Positions 1 to 9,669 of a DNA stretch of 64,000 nucleotides are shown here, piece by piece. Under the pieces are notes generated by a model. The model did no database searches. It was not told the DNA's origin and worked only from the letters and a program-made list of their open reading frames with translations. Source of the DNA: Terrimicrobiaceae bacterium (GTDB lineage Bacteria > Verrucomicrobiota > Verrucomicrobiia > Chthoniobacterales > Terrimicrobiaceae); the NCBI GenBank assembly GCA_041752695.1, contig JBGSVZ010000066.1, positions 32,001 through 96,000 on the forward strand. The letters are read 5' to 3'. The position numbers and the translations under genes are program-made. The number at the start of each line of letters is the position of its first letter. The first letter of the stretch is position 1.

Positions 1-1018
1 CCTTACTATCGCGCCAGTGGCTTCCGACGCGTGGGTCGGAAAGCTGTCCGAGAAGATGCCAGATGGCGCTGCGGTAGTTGGGGAAAGGGGTCAATTCCCC
101 TTCCGCCTCGGGCGTGAGTGTGTCTGCATGCAGGGGAAGCTCATGGTGGGGCAACCCTGCGCTCATGTGATGAACGGCATGAAACGGCTCGTGAAGAAGC
201 GTGAGCGAAAGCAGGCGGTCGGCCCAGGAATGGCCGATGATGCTGCGGGTGGCGCTTTTTGCGGTATGACCATGCAGGCCGATATGCTCAATGTATTTGC
301 GCCAGCTCTGGAGATTTCCTGCCAGAAAGGCAGGCCCGGCCCAGATCCAGAGGAAATACGCCCAGATGTCGAACCACGTGACGGCGGCGATCACCGCCCC
401 CCAACTCACCACCATCAGAATTCCCTCGGCCCAGATTTTCCGCCGCACCTTTTTGCTGCGAATGATGGAGTTCTTGCGGAAAAACATCCGCCAGAAAAGG
501 AAGGGAGTGAAAAAGATTCCGAAGGTGAGTTCCACGAAAGCCGCCAGACAGCGCGCCCAGCGGGGCGCGCGGGTATTGACGAAAGGCCACATTTCCTCGT
601 CGCGTTCTGTGGCCAGATACATGTGGTGGGTCTGATGGGCCGCCCGATAGAGGGTGAAACTGGTAAAACTGACGACCCCGATGAGCACGCCGTCGATTTC
701 GTTGATCAGCCGGTTTTTCCGCAGCAAACCATGAGAGGCTTCGTGAAAACCGATCAGCGCCCCATGCATAAAATGGCTCACCAGCAGGGCGAGCGGAATG
801 GCCAGCCAGATCCAATTGTGATACACCGCAAACCCCAGGGCAATCTGGGAGGAGGTCTGTGAGGCTACGATCAGAGGAAAAGCGGCCCGACTCGCCCAAT
901 GCGTGTAAACATGTTCGTCCGCTTCTGCGGCGCTGACCCTCACCGGAACACCGGGTGTCTCCCGGGCGTCGTTTTGGTTGGTGGGTTCGCTGACGGAAAC
1001 CAGGGATTGCGAAGTCAT
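1..1018 (-). CDS. Membrane fatty acid desaturase family protein (runs off the window start; not in ORF track)
   Basis: Manual translation from ATG 1018: MTSQSLVSV...; hydrophobic segments and three His boxes HEASH, HQTHH, HAVHH. No in-frame stop before base 1. ATG lies 1 nt after the TAA of the upstream hydrolase. Confidence 0.85.
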   Translation of the reverse strand, partial: MTSQSLVSVSEPTNQNDARETPGVPVRVSAAEADEHVYTHWASRAAFPLIVASQTSSQIALGFAVYHNWIWLAIPLALLVSHFMHGALIGFHEASHGLLRKNRLINEIDGVLIGVVSFTSFTLYRAAHQTHHMYLATERDEEMWPFVNTRAPRWARCLAAFVELTFGIFFTPFLFWRMFFRKNSIIRSKKVRRKIWAEGILMVVSWGAVIAAVTWFDIWAYFLWIWAGPAFLAGNLQSWRKYIEHIGLHGHTAKSATRSIIGHSWADRLLSLTLLHEPFHAVHHMSAGLPHHELPLHADTLTPEAEGELTPFPNYRSAIWHLLGQLSDPRVGSHWRDSK

Positions 1019-1019
1019 T

Positions 1020-2669
1020 TTAGCGTGCGGTGTTTTTCAGATGGAGGCGGAGGATGCGGTTGACCTCGGCGATAGCCAGGGGGTGTTGGTTGGACCAGTG
1101 ATGGCTGGGGACGATGAGTTCGCTCTCGGCACCCGCGATGTGGCTGCTCCAATAGGGAACGATGCCATCCGTGCTCTGTGGCGGAGTGCGGTCGAGATTG
1201 CCCCCCCGGCCGCGATCTCCGATGATGGAATGGAACGGGATGCCTTTCGTCGGCGGAATGGTATTGATGCTGGTGATAAAGCGATTATTGGGATCCAAGG
1301 TATCAATGCTGTTGGGCATACGGACGAGTTGCCGCCCATCTTCGCGCTTCCGGGTCAGTTTCGCAAATTCCTTGCCCACATCGGTCAGGGAGGCGGGAAC
1401 ATCAATGATAGTTGATCCCAGGCGTCCCCAGAATGAAACGGCCATGTCTGCGCCGCCCAGCGAGGCGGAGGCGAAAATCACGCGGGAAATTTCCGGGCGG
1501 TGTTTGAAAATCAGCGCGCTGGTGATGGCCTTGCGGGCGTCGGGCGAGAGGGGGGTTTCCTCCGGCGGAGTGTCAAAAAAAGTATTCCAGATGACCTTGT
1601 CGCTGTCGGTGATGAGAACGCGGGAGATACTTCCCCCCATGCTGTGGCCGATGACAACCACCGGCTTGTGGCCGGCGTGAAAGGCGTTGATGGCGTCCAT
1701 TTGTTTGCGCAGCACGGCGGCCATGACGGGATAGGGGTACCCTGTGGGATAGCTGAAAAACCAGATTTGGTAGTTTTGGCGGATCACCGCATCGCCGCGC
1801 AGGGCCTCGATCATGGGCGCCCAGGTCGCCTGGGAGTCCCCCAGGCCGTGGATGACGATGATGGGGATCTTTTTGGGATCATACGGCTGGAGCCGGGCAA
1901 GACGCGTGCTACTGGCAAATTTGTCCGGACTAAACATCCGCTGAATCTCGATGCGCCGGGGACGAAGTTCCGCGAGGGCGAGGCCGATGGGCGCGGTAAA
2001 ATCCGCCGCGACAGGGAAGGTGTGGCCCGCAAATTTTACGTCCTCCGTGGAAAGCGGATCCAGATAGGTGGCGGTCACCTTGCGGCCCTGGAAGCGTAAA
2101 ATCTGCGTGATGCCGTAATAGACATTTTTGCCCTGGATGAAGGGGTCGTAAACCGTGGGGTCGAAGCCCTTGCTGGCGATCACCATGGGCGCACCGAGGC
2201 CGGGCTTCACCGTCCGTTCCCGCACGAGTGTGCCGCGGAAAACGAAGCGGTCGGCGGGCAGGATGCGGTAATACGACGGGTCGTGCTGACGTTTATGATT
2301 GTGGGCGACGCTGAACGTCCAGTTCCCGTGGGCTCCGGGGCAGATGACCGGTTTGATCCAAGGTTGCAACCCGGAGGTGTGCAGGACGTCGAAAACCCGC
2401 GAGACTGCGAAATCGTAGTCGCGGAGCGCCTGGGAGTCCGACGGTTTTTTCTCCAGCACCTTGGTGGCGAGATAGGCCGCGTCGATAAAGTGTCCCATCT
2501 GTGCTTCCGGAGATTTTTCCGGACGCTTGAGGGCGCGGACGATGACCTCCCCGGCGGGCGAGGCGGCGGTGAAAGTGGGCTGGCGCTCCCGCACAGTGGC
2601 GTAATTTTTACAGCCCGTGCCGAACAGAACGAGAGCGAGCGCCGGGACAAGCAGCCTCCCCATGAGCAT
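1020..2669 (-). CDS. Alpha/beta-hydrolase (lipase/esterase family), probable lipoprotein
   Basis: IHGLG oxyanion motif, GHSMGG nucleophile, DGIVP and C-terminal His. Signal MLMGRLLVPALALVLFGTG-C. Start uncertain (ORF extends to 2747). Confidence 0.8.
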   Translation of the reverse strand: MLMGRLLVPALALVLFGTGCKNYATVRERQPTFTAASPAGEVIVRALKRPEKSPEAQMGHFIDAAYLATKVLEKKPSDSQALRDYDFAVSRVFDVLHTSGLQPWIKPVICPGAHGNWTFSVAHNHKRQHDPSYYRILPADRFVFRGTLVRERTVKPGLGAPMVIASKGFDPTVYDPFIQGKNVYYGITQILRFQGRKVTATYLDPLSTEDVKFAGHTFPVAADFTAPIGLALAELRPRRIEIQRMFSPDKFASSTRLARLQPYDPKKIPIIVIHGLGDSQATWAPMIEALRGDAVIRQNYQIWFFSYPTGYPYPVMAAVLRKQMDAINAFHAGHKPVVVIGHSMGGSISRVLITDSDKVIWNTFFDTPPEETPLSPDARKAITSALIFKHRPEISRVIFASASLGGADMAVSFWGRLGSTIIDVPASLTDVGKEFAKLTRKREDGRQLVRMPNSIDTLDPNNRFITSINTIPPTKGIPFHSIIGDRGRGGNLDRTPPQSTDGIVPYWSSHIAGAESELIVPSHHWSNQHPLAIAEVNRILRLHLKNTAR

Positions 2670-2709
2670 GGGCAAAGTCCCCGGGCCGGGGGACGGCGGA
2701 ATTTCTAGA

Positions 2710-5700
2710 CTATTTGCGGCGGGCTTCATGGGTGGAGGCATTTCCACATGCCAAATAGATCTTTTGCAACTCTGGACTCACGTCCTCGCCCTCATTTGCG
2801 GCGGGGCTCTTCGCGTGAAAGGGACAGGTGGGGCGTTTGCCTGTCGTCGGATCGGCGGTTCGAAACCAGCACGCGCCCTCCGTTTGCTCCGCCGGGGAAA
2901 GTTTGGCTGGGCCGTAGGCCAGCGGGCCCGCTCCGGCAGGCTCGATCCGGGCGGGGAGTTGATCCAGCGCGATGCCGCGGCCGCAGGCCCAGGAGCGCAG
3001 GGCTTCGGCATCGACGGCATGGGTGTGATTGTCGGGACGAAAATGATCGGCCACCGCGCAAATGGTCGAGGCGCAGCCGTGGGCGATGCTGGCAGTTTGT
3101 TTCTGACGGCTGAATCCCAGCATGGGGTGGAAGGCGAACGAGCCGCAGGTCCAACGCGGTTTGACGGCCAGCACATCCAGATTGAGCGGGAGGTCGTGCG
3201 AAAGCACGTCGGGGTCGTTTTCGGCCGCGCGCTGGGCGATGATCCGCCGAATGTCGCGCTGCCCCTGCTGGAATTTTCCGATTTTCCCGTTGTAGCGCAG
3301 TTGCTTGGCGCGCGACCGGATGGCCGTCCAACTGAGTTCGTCGAGATCCTCCCGTTGTGACCAATCGGCTTTGTCCGATTCGAGCGTGGCGGTCAGGATG
3401 AGATGGGGGATTTTGGGCCGCCGCGCATAGACCGCGTTGCCGTCCTTGCCCCAGAGGTATTCGACCACCGCACCCAGTGGCAGATTGTCCATGATCCCGC
3501 CGTCTGCATATTGGGCCACCATGCCGGGGTTGCGATAGACCTCCCAGGACCAGCGGGGACGGAACAAGGCCGGAAACGCGCTTCCGGCCAGCAGTCCCTG
3601 CGTGAACCGGGGATCCCAGGAGTGCGAACTGCGGAGGATGTCGAGGTGGCCCTGAGTGAGGTTGGTGGTGGTGCCGATGAGGGGAAAACCAAAATGATCG
3701 AAACGCGCGCCTGGCACGGGTTTTCCTTCGAAGACGAACCCGTCGATCAACTGCTGCAGCGGCTCGGGCCCCAGCATTTCCAGGCCCACGCCGTAACGGT
3801 CCGCCACTTCCTGGGCCAGGGATTTGATCAATCGTCCCGCCTCTTGCCAATTGCCGGCCCGCAGCGTCTTGGTGAGTTCCATCACCTCAAAGGGACTCAA
3901 ATAAAACAGACGCTCCAAACCGGCAAAGACCCGGCGGGCTCGCCTACTGAAGGCGGACGACGGGTCCGTTTCATACCTCCGGAAAATCAGATCCAGATCA
4001 TGCGGGGAAAAATCCGCCGCCGCCGCGTGAATGGAAAAATGACGGATAAAGTCCGCGAAGCGATCCGTGAGAACGAAGCGGTCAATCGTGAGAAATGTTG
4101 CGGCCAGCCGGCGCATCTGGCGCTGGCGCTCCACGAGTTCCAATCCGGCAGGACGCTGGAAAACTCGCCCGGTGAGCGCCCCGACGATGGTGCCCACGGA
4201 GGATCCGGCAATGACGTCAGGCTGGATGCCCAACTCGCTGGCGGCATTGGCGAACCCGACTTGAAAAACTCCGCGAAAGACGCCGCCGCTGAAAAGAAAA
4301 ACCACGGCAGGATCCTGCTGGGTGTCCGGCGCGGCGGGAGCGGCCAGGAAGGGGCTGGGAGCGCGGCGGGGCAGGCGGATGTGTTGGCGGAGTTCCTGGT
4401 CGTCCCCCGCGGTGCGGCAGGCCACACACGAGCGGCAGATCTCGGAAATGCCGGGGCCGGGGTCAGGGTTGGTTCTGTCCACGGGAGCGCTGCCAGGAAG
4501 CGGAGAAAGTCCGCCCCACGCCGCGAGAAGTTTGCGGCACGAAACGTATTCGCGGCCGTCATTCCCGGTGAGTGTTTCTTCCGCTTCACGGAGGTTTTCC
4601 ACCGCCTCCCGCAAGGTCGCGGAGTGGTTGGGATCGAGATGCGGCCATTCGTCCGGCAGGTCTTCATCCGGTTCCAAGAGCTGACGCCGCTCTTCCGGTG
4701 TGCGGGTATCGGGCAGCGCATCGGTGACCAGGCGCTCGATCATAGCCCGGCATCCGTCGGCCACGGCGGCATCAATCATAGCCCGTTGTTTCGCGGCCGA
4801 GCCGGCCTGCAGCAACCGCAGACTCAAACGGGGCGGGCGTTCCGGGGCAACCAGACGGATCTTGGCGGGGAGAAAAGTCTCCTCCGAAACCGTCGCCGGC
4901 CGTCCGTTCAAAGCCCGGCTCATCCGGTCGATCAGCCCCTTGTCGAGCAGCATGTCCTGGAAACGCTGCAAATCGCGCGCCCGTAGCGCCACATCCACCA
5001 GCCCCGTGTAGGGTTCAAACTGGGCGGATGATTTTTCCTGCTTCACCGGGAGGAGCGGGGCGGAAATGATCCGCAGCGAAGTCCAGGTCTTTGTCGGGTG
5101 GTTGGTCACCATCCGGCACGCCTCTTCGTAGGCGGGCACGATGGGATCGTTGGCGACGCTGATCCCGTCGATGAAGGTGGCTGGTCCATCGGGCGTGCGA
5201 ATGGTCTGGGCTTTAAAAAAAGGCGCAGAGGCGCAGGCGCACATCAGGGCATCCACCACCGGCGTGGCGGCGGGGAGGGCCTCGAGTTTGCCCGTCCCCA
5301 GATTCGCCGCGATGGGTACCACCATAATCCCGCGACTGCCATCCGCGTAGCTGGAGAGTTTTTTTCGCGTGCCCCCGCCGTGGGCGGGACTGCGGTGTTT
5401 GATGGCGCGCCGCACGCTGTCGTCGAAGTCAAAAAGCCCGTAATAGGCCGGGTCCAGGTTCTGCACCAGGGCCTCTTTCAACGCATGCGAATCGCCCAGA
5501 TCACTGAAAATCTGAAAATGCTTGAGAAAGTTACTGCCCACATTTTTCCGGAAAAACAGCGACGCCCAGCCCGCGAGGGCGAGTCCGGCTAGGAGCAAAA
5601 ATCCCACCTCTGTCCCGATCCACGCCAACTGCTCCGGCCGAAGAATGGCAGCGAGCAAGCCGAGCCCCAAGGCCGGAACCAGCGCGAGTGCAATCACCAG

Positions 5701-6483
5701 AGGCAGAAAACCCAGCACCAGCCAGAGAACGTGATCCTTGATCGCGCGGAACCACGCCCATTTGTTGAAAATGATATGGCCAGCCTCCACACCCTCTGCC
5801 GCGGTGCGGCCCTTGATCCCCAGCAAATCGGCCACTTGCACCCGGGCCACCAGACTTACCGGCATGGATAGGGCCAGGATATTGCGCGCGACCAGCCACC
5901 AAAGTCTAAAGATCAGCCCGGCCCGCTTGCGGAGACACGCCCCGGAGTCGAGTTCGTCGGCGGCATTCCACCCCATCAGAACCCGCGAAAGCTGTGCCAC
6001 CAATTTCACGCTCACCCGCACTCGCAGCAGGTGATCAAACAGGCGGATGAGTCCCGTGCGACTCGCGACGGCCGTGCGACGGCTCTCCCGTTCCTCCTGA
6101 AAATGCCTCGGTAGTTCCACCGGCTTAAGGGCATGGGCGGAATTGGTTTCCAGCGGATCGGGAAAAAACCCACTTAAGACCGTGCTTGGCGCGGTGCGAA
6201 AAGCCTCGAGCAGCTCGCTGAAGCGCGCCACGCGATACTCTTCGGCCTCCTCGGGAGTGGCGTCCGATCCCGTCTGCAGCACATCTCCAAGGACAGTGGC
6301 GGTGATTGCTCCCACCGAGTGCCCGGCGACCATGTCCGGGGCCTGTCGCCGCGTCACCAGCAACGCGTGCACGACCCCCATGTGCAACACGGTATCAAAT
6401 CCCGCACCCGGAAACGACACCACCCGGAAAGGCTTTCCGCCCTCCGGAGTGGTCTGCTTGGACGAATGCGATGGAGTCTCCAT
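2710..6483 (-). CDS. Large patatin-like phospholipase with two patatin domains and a transmembrane insertion
   Basis: Domain 1: PGAGFD / GHSVG / IDGI. Domain 2: SGGVFRG / GSSVG / ADGG. Hydrophobic helices inside domain 1. 1257 aa. Confidence 0.8.
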   Translation of the reverse strand: METPSHSSKQTTPEGGKPFRVVSFPGAGFDTVLHMGVVHALLVTRRQAPDMVAGHSVGAITATVLGDVLQTGSDATPEEAEEYRVARFSELLEAFRTAPSTVLSGFFPDPLETNSAHALKPVELPRHFQEERESRRTAVASRTGLIRLFDHLLRVRVSVKLVAQLSRVLMGWNAADELDSGACLRKRAGLIFRLWWLVARNILALSMPVSLVARVQVADLLGIKGRTAAEGVEAGHIIFNKWAWFRAIKDHVLWLVLGFLPLVIALALVPALGLGLLAAILRPEQLAWIGTEVGFLLLAGLALAGWASLFFRKNVGSNFLKHFQIFSDLGDSHALKEALVQNLDPAYYGLFDFDDSVRRAIKHRSPAHGGGTRKKLSSYADGSRGIMVVPIAANLGTGKLEALPAATPVVDALMCACASAPFFKAQTIRTPDGPATFIDGISVANDPIVPAYEEACRMVTNHPTKTWTSLRIISAPLLPVKQEKSSAQFEPYTGLVDVALRARDLQRFQDMLLDKGLIDRMSRALNGRPATVSEETFLPAKIRLVAPERPPRLSLRLLQAGSAAKQRAMIDAAVADGCRAMIERLVTDALPDTRTPEERRQLLEPDEDLPDEWPHLDPNHSATLREAVENLREAEETLTGNDGREYVSCRKLLAAWGGLSPLPGSAPVDRTNPDPGPGISEICRSCVACRTAGDDQELRQHIRLPRRAPSPFLAAPAAPDTQQDPAVVFLFSGGVFRGVFQVGFANAASELGIQPDVIAGSSVGTIVGALTGRVFQRPAGLELVERQRQMRRLAATFLTIDRFVLTDRFADFIRHFSIHAAAADFSPHDLDLIFRRYETDPSSAFSRRARRVFAGLERLFYLSPFEVMELTKTLRAGNWQEAGRLIKSLAQEVADRYGVGLEMLGPEPLQQLIDGFVFEGKPVPGARFDHFGFPLIGTTTNLTQGHLDILRSSHSWDPRFTQGLLAGSAFPALFRPRWSWEVYRNPGMVAQYADGGIMDNLPLGAVVEYLWGKDGNAVYARRPKIPHLILTATLESDKADWSQREDLDELSWTAIRSRAKQLRYNGKIGKFQQGQRDIRRIIAQRAAENDPDVLSHDLPLNLDVLAVKPRWTCGSFAFHPMLGFSRQKQTASIAHGCASTICAVADHFRPDNHTHAVDAEALRSWACGRGIALDQLPARIEPAGAGPLAYGPAKLSPAEQTEGACWFRTADPTTGKRPTCPFHAKSPAANEGEDVSPELQKIYLACGNASTHEARRK

Positions 6484-6555
6484 GATTGCGACGCCGTGTG
6501 TTATAGCCGGACGCCCCGCCGTCCGACAAACCCCAAAAACGGGGATTCCGGAACG

Positions 6556-7656
6556 CTACGATTTTTCGTAGACAATCACGTCATACACCAGCGCGGAGCC
6601 GACCGTGCGGGCCGGACGGAAACCTTCCTTCGCCCAGACTTCGTGCAGATTCGCGGGATGGCGGTAGTCGAATTGTTTGCCAAAAAGTTCGAGCAGCCGG
6701 ACGCTGCGGTGCGGCCGGAACGTGTTGGCGATCAGACTGGCCGTGGGAGTGGTAGTGGCGGCGACCTTTTCGGCAAGTTGCCGGATGGTGAGGGGTTCCT
6801 GCGGCTCCGGCAGGCCGTGGCGGCGTTCGGTGGTGTCGCAGGTGGCGCCTTGTAAATATTCCAGGATACCGATGGTGGTCACCACGTCGCAGGGAGATTC
6901 GCCAGCGGGGGCCACAAAAATATCTTCCGTGCGCGCCGAGATGCCGTCTGGACCTATTTTCCACCCACGCGCGGGAGCGAGTTTGGCCAACAGCCGATTG
7001 GTTTTGGCGGTATTGGCGGGATCGCGGTCGGTAATTTCGGCCACAACGCCCTCCGCGCCGTCGCGCACCAGACGATCGTACGCCAGAATCATGCTCAAAC
7101 CCGTGCCCGCGGCCAGGGCTTTGAGACGAACGGTCCGTCCCGGCGCTAAACGCTTTTTCGCCTCGGAATGGGTGGCTTTCGTTTCCCAAAGGAAACGCAA
7201 TTTTACATCCTTGCCCTGCACCGAACCCAAAAACAATTTGTCCCAGAGGATCGCATTTTTACAGGCGGCAGGCAGGAGCATCATATAGGGGCCGTTCATC
7301 GGATCCCCCCCCTCGACGAGCACCTGCGTCTCCGCGGTGGAGGACGCCAGGAGGGCCTGCGCGTAGGGGTGCCCGGAATGTTCCAACACGCGATTGCGAT
7401 ACGTCGTGCCGTTGCGAACGGTCGTGCGTTTGAGAATCCGGTAGCTCAGCCCCGCCATCAACTGTTGGAGCGGACCTGCGAGCGGGGGTTCTGGCCGGTC
7501 GAAAATGGTTTCGCTCAGGCTCGAAAGGATCTCTCCGGCAAGGGCGGGATTCCCGTCGTTATACAGCGCGGCCACCGCATCCATCGGGCGGAGGTCGCTT
7601 AGGGTCGCTCCGCTTTCTGGGGTTTCGGACGGTCTTGGGGCAGTTTCGACGTTCAT
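6556..7656 (-). CDS. Hypothetical protein with class I SAM-dependent methyltransferase-like fold
   Basis: ALAAGTG (motif I-like), acidic ITDRD, and DVVTTIGILEYL (motif IV-like). Confidence 0.55.
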   Translation of the reverse strand: MNVETAPRPSETPESGATLSDLRPMDAVAALYNDGNPALAGEILSSLSETIFDRPEPPLAGPLQQLMAGLSYRILKRTTVRNGTTYRNRVLEHSGHPYAQALLASSTAETQVLVEGGDPMNGPYMMLLPAACKNAILWDKLFLGSVQGKDVKLRFLWETKATHSEAKKRLAPGRTVRLKALAAGTGLSMILAYDRLVRDGAEGVVAEITDRDPANTAKTNRLLAKLAPARGWKIGPDGISARTEDIFVAPAGESPCDVVTTIGILEYLQGATCDTTERRHGLPEPQEPLTIRQLAEKVAATTTPTASLIANTFRPHRSVRLLELFGKQFDYRHPANLHEVWAKEGFRPARTVGSALVYDVIVYEKS

Positions 7657-7730
7657 GACCGCAAGATAAGCAGGCGGTGCCGATTGCGCAAAGGCCGCAG
7701 TGCCGGTTCCTCCCCGGGGCGGGAATCAGG

Positions 7731-8564
7731 TCACGGCCAGAGAACGGGATTGAGCGGGCTGTCGAGAATGCCGCCGATTTGGACTCCCGGACACCATTTG
7801 TCCCAATCGCTCTGGTGCTTTTGGTGGGCCGGTTCGATGAGGCGAATGTCCTTATCCACATAGATCATCGTCATGACCCGCCGCGGTTCCGTCGAAGTAT
7901 TTGCCCCCGCGCGGTGAAACGTCCAACCCAGGTGGTAGCTCACTTCACCGAGCGAAAACGGGGTTTCGTCAATGTCCGCCTGCGCTTCCTTGAGGGACTT
8001 CTGGATGAGGGTCTCGCTGTCGTCGCTGATTTCGAGCGTACGCCCAAAAGCCATGCGGTGGGTCTGGCGGGCGAAGGCGAGGGGACCCATCTCCATCCTG
8101 GTCTCCTGGAGCGGAATCCAGACGGTGATAGTGCGGTCGCCGGAGACCGGCCAGTAGTATTGATCGGCATGCCAGGGAGTGATGCCCCCGCCCGGTTCCT
8201 TGTAAAGAGCCTGATCGTGATACATCCGCACGCCGTCCTCCTCGAGAAGTTCGGCGGCGAGACGGGCAAGTTTCGGCGCGAAAGAAAAGGCTTTTACAGT
8301 TTCATCCTGGGTCCAGATGTTCATCACCTGAAGAAAGGCTTTTTGATAAGTGCTGCGCTGCTCCATGGGCAGGTCCATGGTGTTGAGGCGCTTCACCTGG
8401 TCCGTAATTGCGCGGTCGAAATACTGCACGGTTTCCGGCCGGAGCACGTTCTTCAGTTTGATATAGCCGTTTTCGCGGAGATAGGCGATGTCGGCCGCGC
8501 TCACCGGGTGGCGGCCTTGGAGGTCGTCACGGAGGGTTTGGGGGAGGGATTCGAGGGTAATCAT
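7731..8564 (-). CDS. Phytanoyl-CoA dioxygenase (PhyH) family 2-oxoglutarate/Fe(II) oxygenase
   Basis: KEPGGGITPWHADQYYWP (HxD), TVWIPL, distal His (TFH), RR. Start ATG 8564 or TTG 8585. Confidence 0.85.
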   Translation of the reverse strand: MITLESLPQTLRDDLQGRHPVSAADIAYLRENGYIKLKNVLRPETVQYFDRAITDQVKRLNTMDLPMEQRSTYQKAFLQVMNIWTQDETVKAFSFAPKLARLAAELLEEDGVRMYHDQALYKEPGGGITPWHADQYYWPVSGDRTITVWIPLQETRMEMGPLAFARQTHRMAFGRTLEISDDSETLIQKSLKEAQADIDETPFSLGEVSYHLGWTFHRAGANTSTEPRRVMTMIYVDKDIRLIEPAHQKHQSDWDKWCPGVQIGGILDSPLNPVLWP

Positions 8565-8625
8565 AAATTGGGGATCGGCCTGCAACCTAGCGGTCCCGCG
8601 GTCTCTCCTCTACCTGATGCTTGAC

Positions 8626-8640
8626 AAAGTATGATACTTT
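8626..8640. promoter_or_regulatory. Palindrome AAAGTAT-G-ATACTTT in the PhyH/AraC divergent gap, possible regulator site
   Basis: Perfect 7-1-7 inverted repeat overlapping TTGACA at 8621-8626. Confidence 0.45.
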
Positions 8641-8646
8641 ATTGAC

Positions 8647-9516
8647 TTGCCCGCCGTGAAAGCCCTCTACGAAAAAATTCCCCTCGCACCGGGCGAGTCC
8701 CTGGCCTGCCGGGAGTATCGTTCCCCGACCTTCACCATGCCGTGGCACTTTCACCCGGAATGCGAACTGACCCTGATCCAGCGGGGCCGCGGCACCCGGT
8801 TTGTCGGCGACTCGATTGAACGGTTCGCCGATGGCGACCTGGTCTTCTTGGGCTCGAACCTGCCTCACTACTGGTGGAAGGATGGGGACGATCGCCGACA
8901 CGCCGCGGCGGTGGTCCTGCAATTTGACGAAACATTCTCAGGCCGGCTCCTGCTCGAACTTCCCGAGGCCTCCCGCATTCGCGCCCTGCTCAGAGCGTCC
9001 CGTCGGGGGGTGCTTTTTCCCGAAGCGGCCAGCGGTGAGATTGCCGGCATATTGGCGAGGTTGCCGGCACTCCGCGGCTGGCCTCGCTTGTGCGGGGTCT
9101 TCGATCTCCTCGGGCTGATGGCGGAGTTGCGCCCGGTGCGCTTGCTGGCTTCGGCGGGTTATGCGCCGGATCTTGATGAACGTGACGGCAACCGCCTCAC
9201 CGAAGTCTGCCGCTACGTCAACGCGTCCTTTGCCGGGGAGGTTTCCCAGCCACGGGCCGCTGGTCTCGCGGGCTTGAGTCCGGCCGCCTTCAGCCGGTAT
9301 TTTCATAAACGCATGGGTCGGACTTTCGAGGGGTACGTCAATGAGGTGCGCATCGGCCATGCCAGCCGGCGGCTGATGGACACCGACCGCACCGTGGCCG
9401 AAATCGCGTTTGCGTCGGGATTTAACAATCTCTCCAATTTTAATCGGCATTTCCTTCGTTTGAAGGGGATGACGCCGAAAGAATATCGACGGCAGACGGC
9501 CCCGCGGGCCGCCTGA
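8647..9516 (+). CDS. AraC family transcriptional regulator (cupin + double HTH)
   Basis: PWHFHPECELT cupin; IAFASGFNNLSNFNRHF...GMTPKEYR AraC signature. Confidence 0.92.
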   Translation: MPAVKALYEKIPLAPGESLACREYRSPTFTMPWHFHPECELTLIQRGRGTRFVGDSIERFADGDLVFLGSNLPHYWWKDGDDRRHAAAVVLQFDETFSGRLLLELPEASRIRALLRASRRGVLFPEAASGEIAGILARLPALRGWPRLCGVFDLLGLMAELRPVRLLASAGYAPDLDERDGNRLTEVCRYVNASFAGEVSQPRAAGLAGLSPAAFSRYFHKRMGRTFEGYVNEVRIGHASRRLMDTDRTVAEIAFASGFNNLSNFNRHFLRLKGMTPKEYRRQTAPRAA

Positions 9517-9669
9517 GTGCGAAAGCGTTCCACCGATAATTATCTTGAGCGCAAAGGTGGGGGGGACGAAACTTTCGTCTGTCATGCCTGATTTTCCTCT
9601 GAACGGTGCCCGACTGGGCCAAGCTCACCAGCGCTCTGCCGTTTGCCGGAAAGGTTCTGACTCCGCCCG

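Noticed and set aside
2710..6483. Patatin as an anti-phage (CBASS CapV-like) effector
   Set aside because: No cyclase, Cap2/3 or other defence genes nearby; the neighbours are lipid enzymes.
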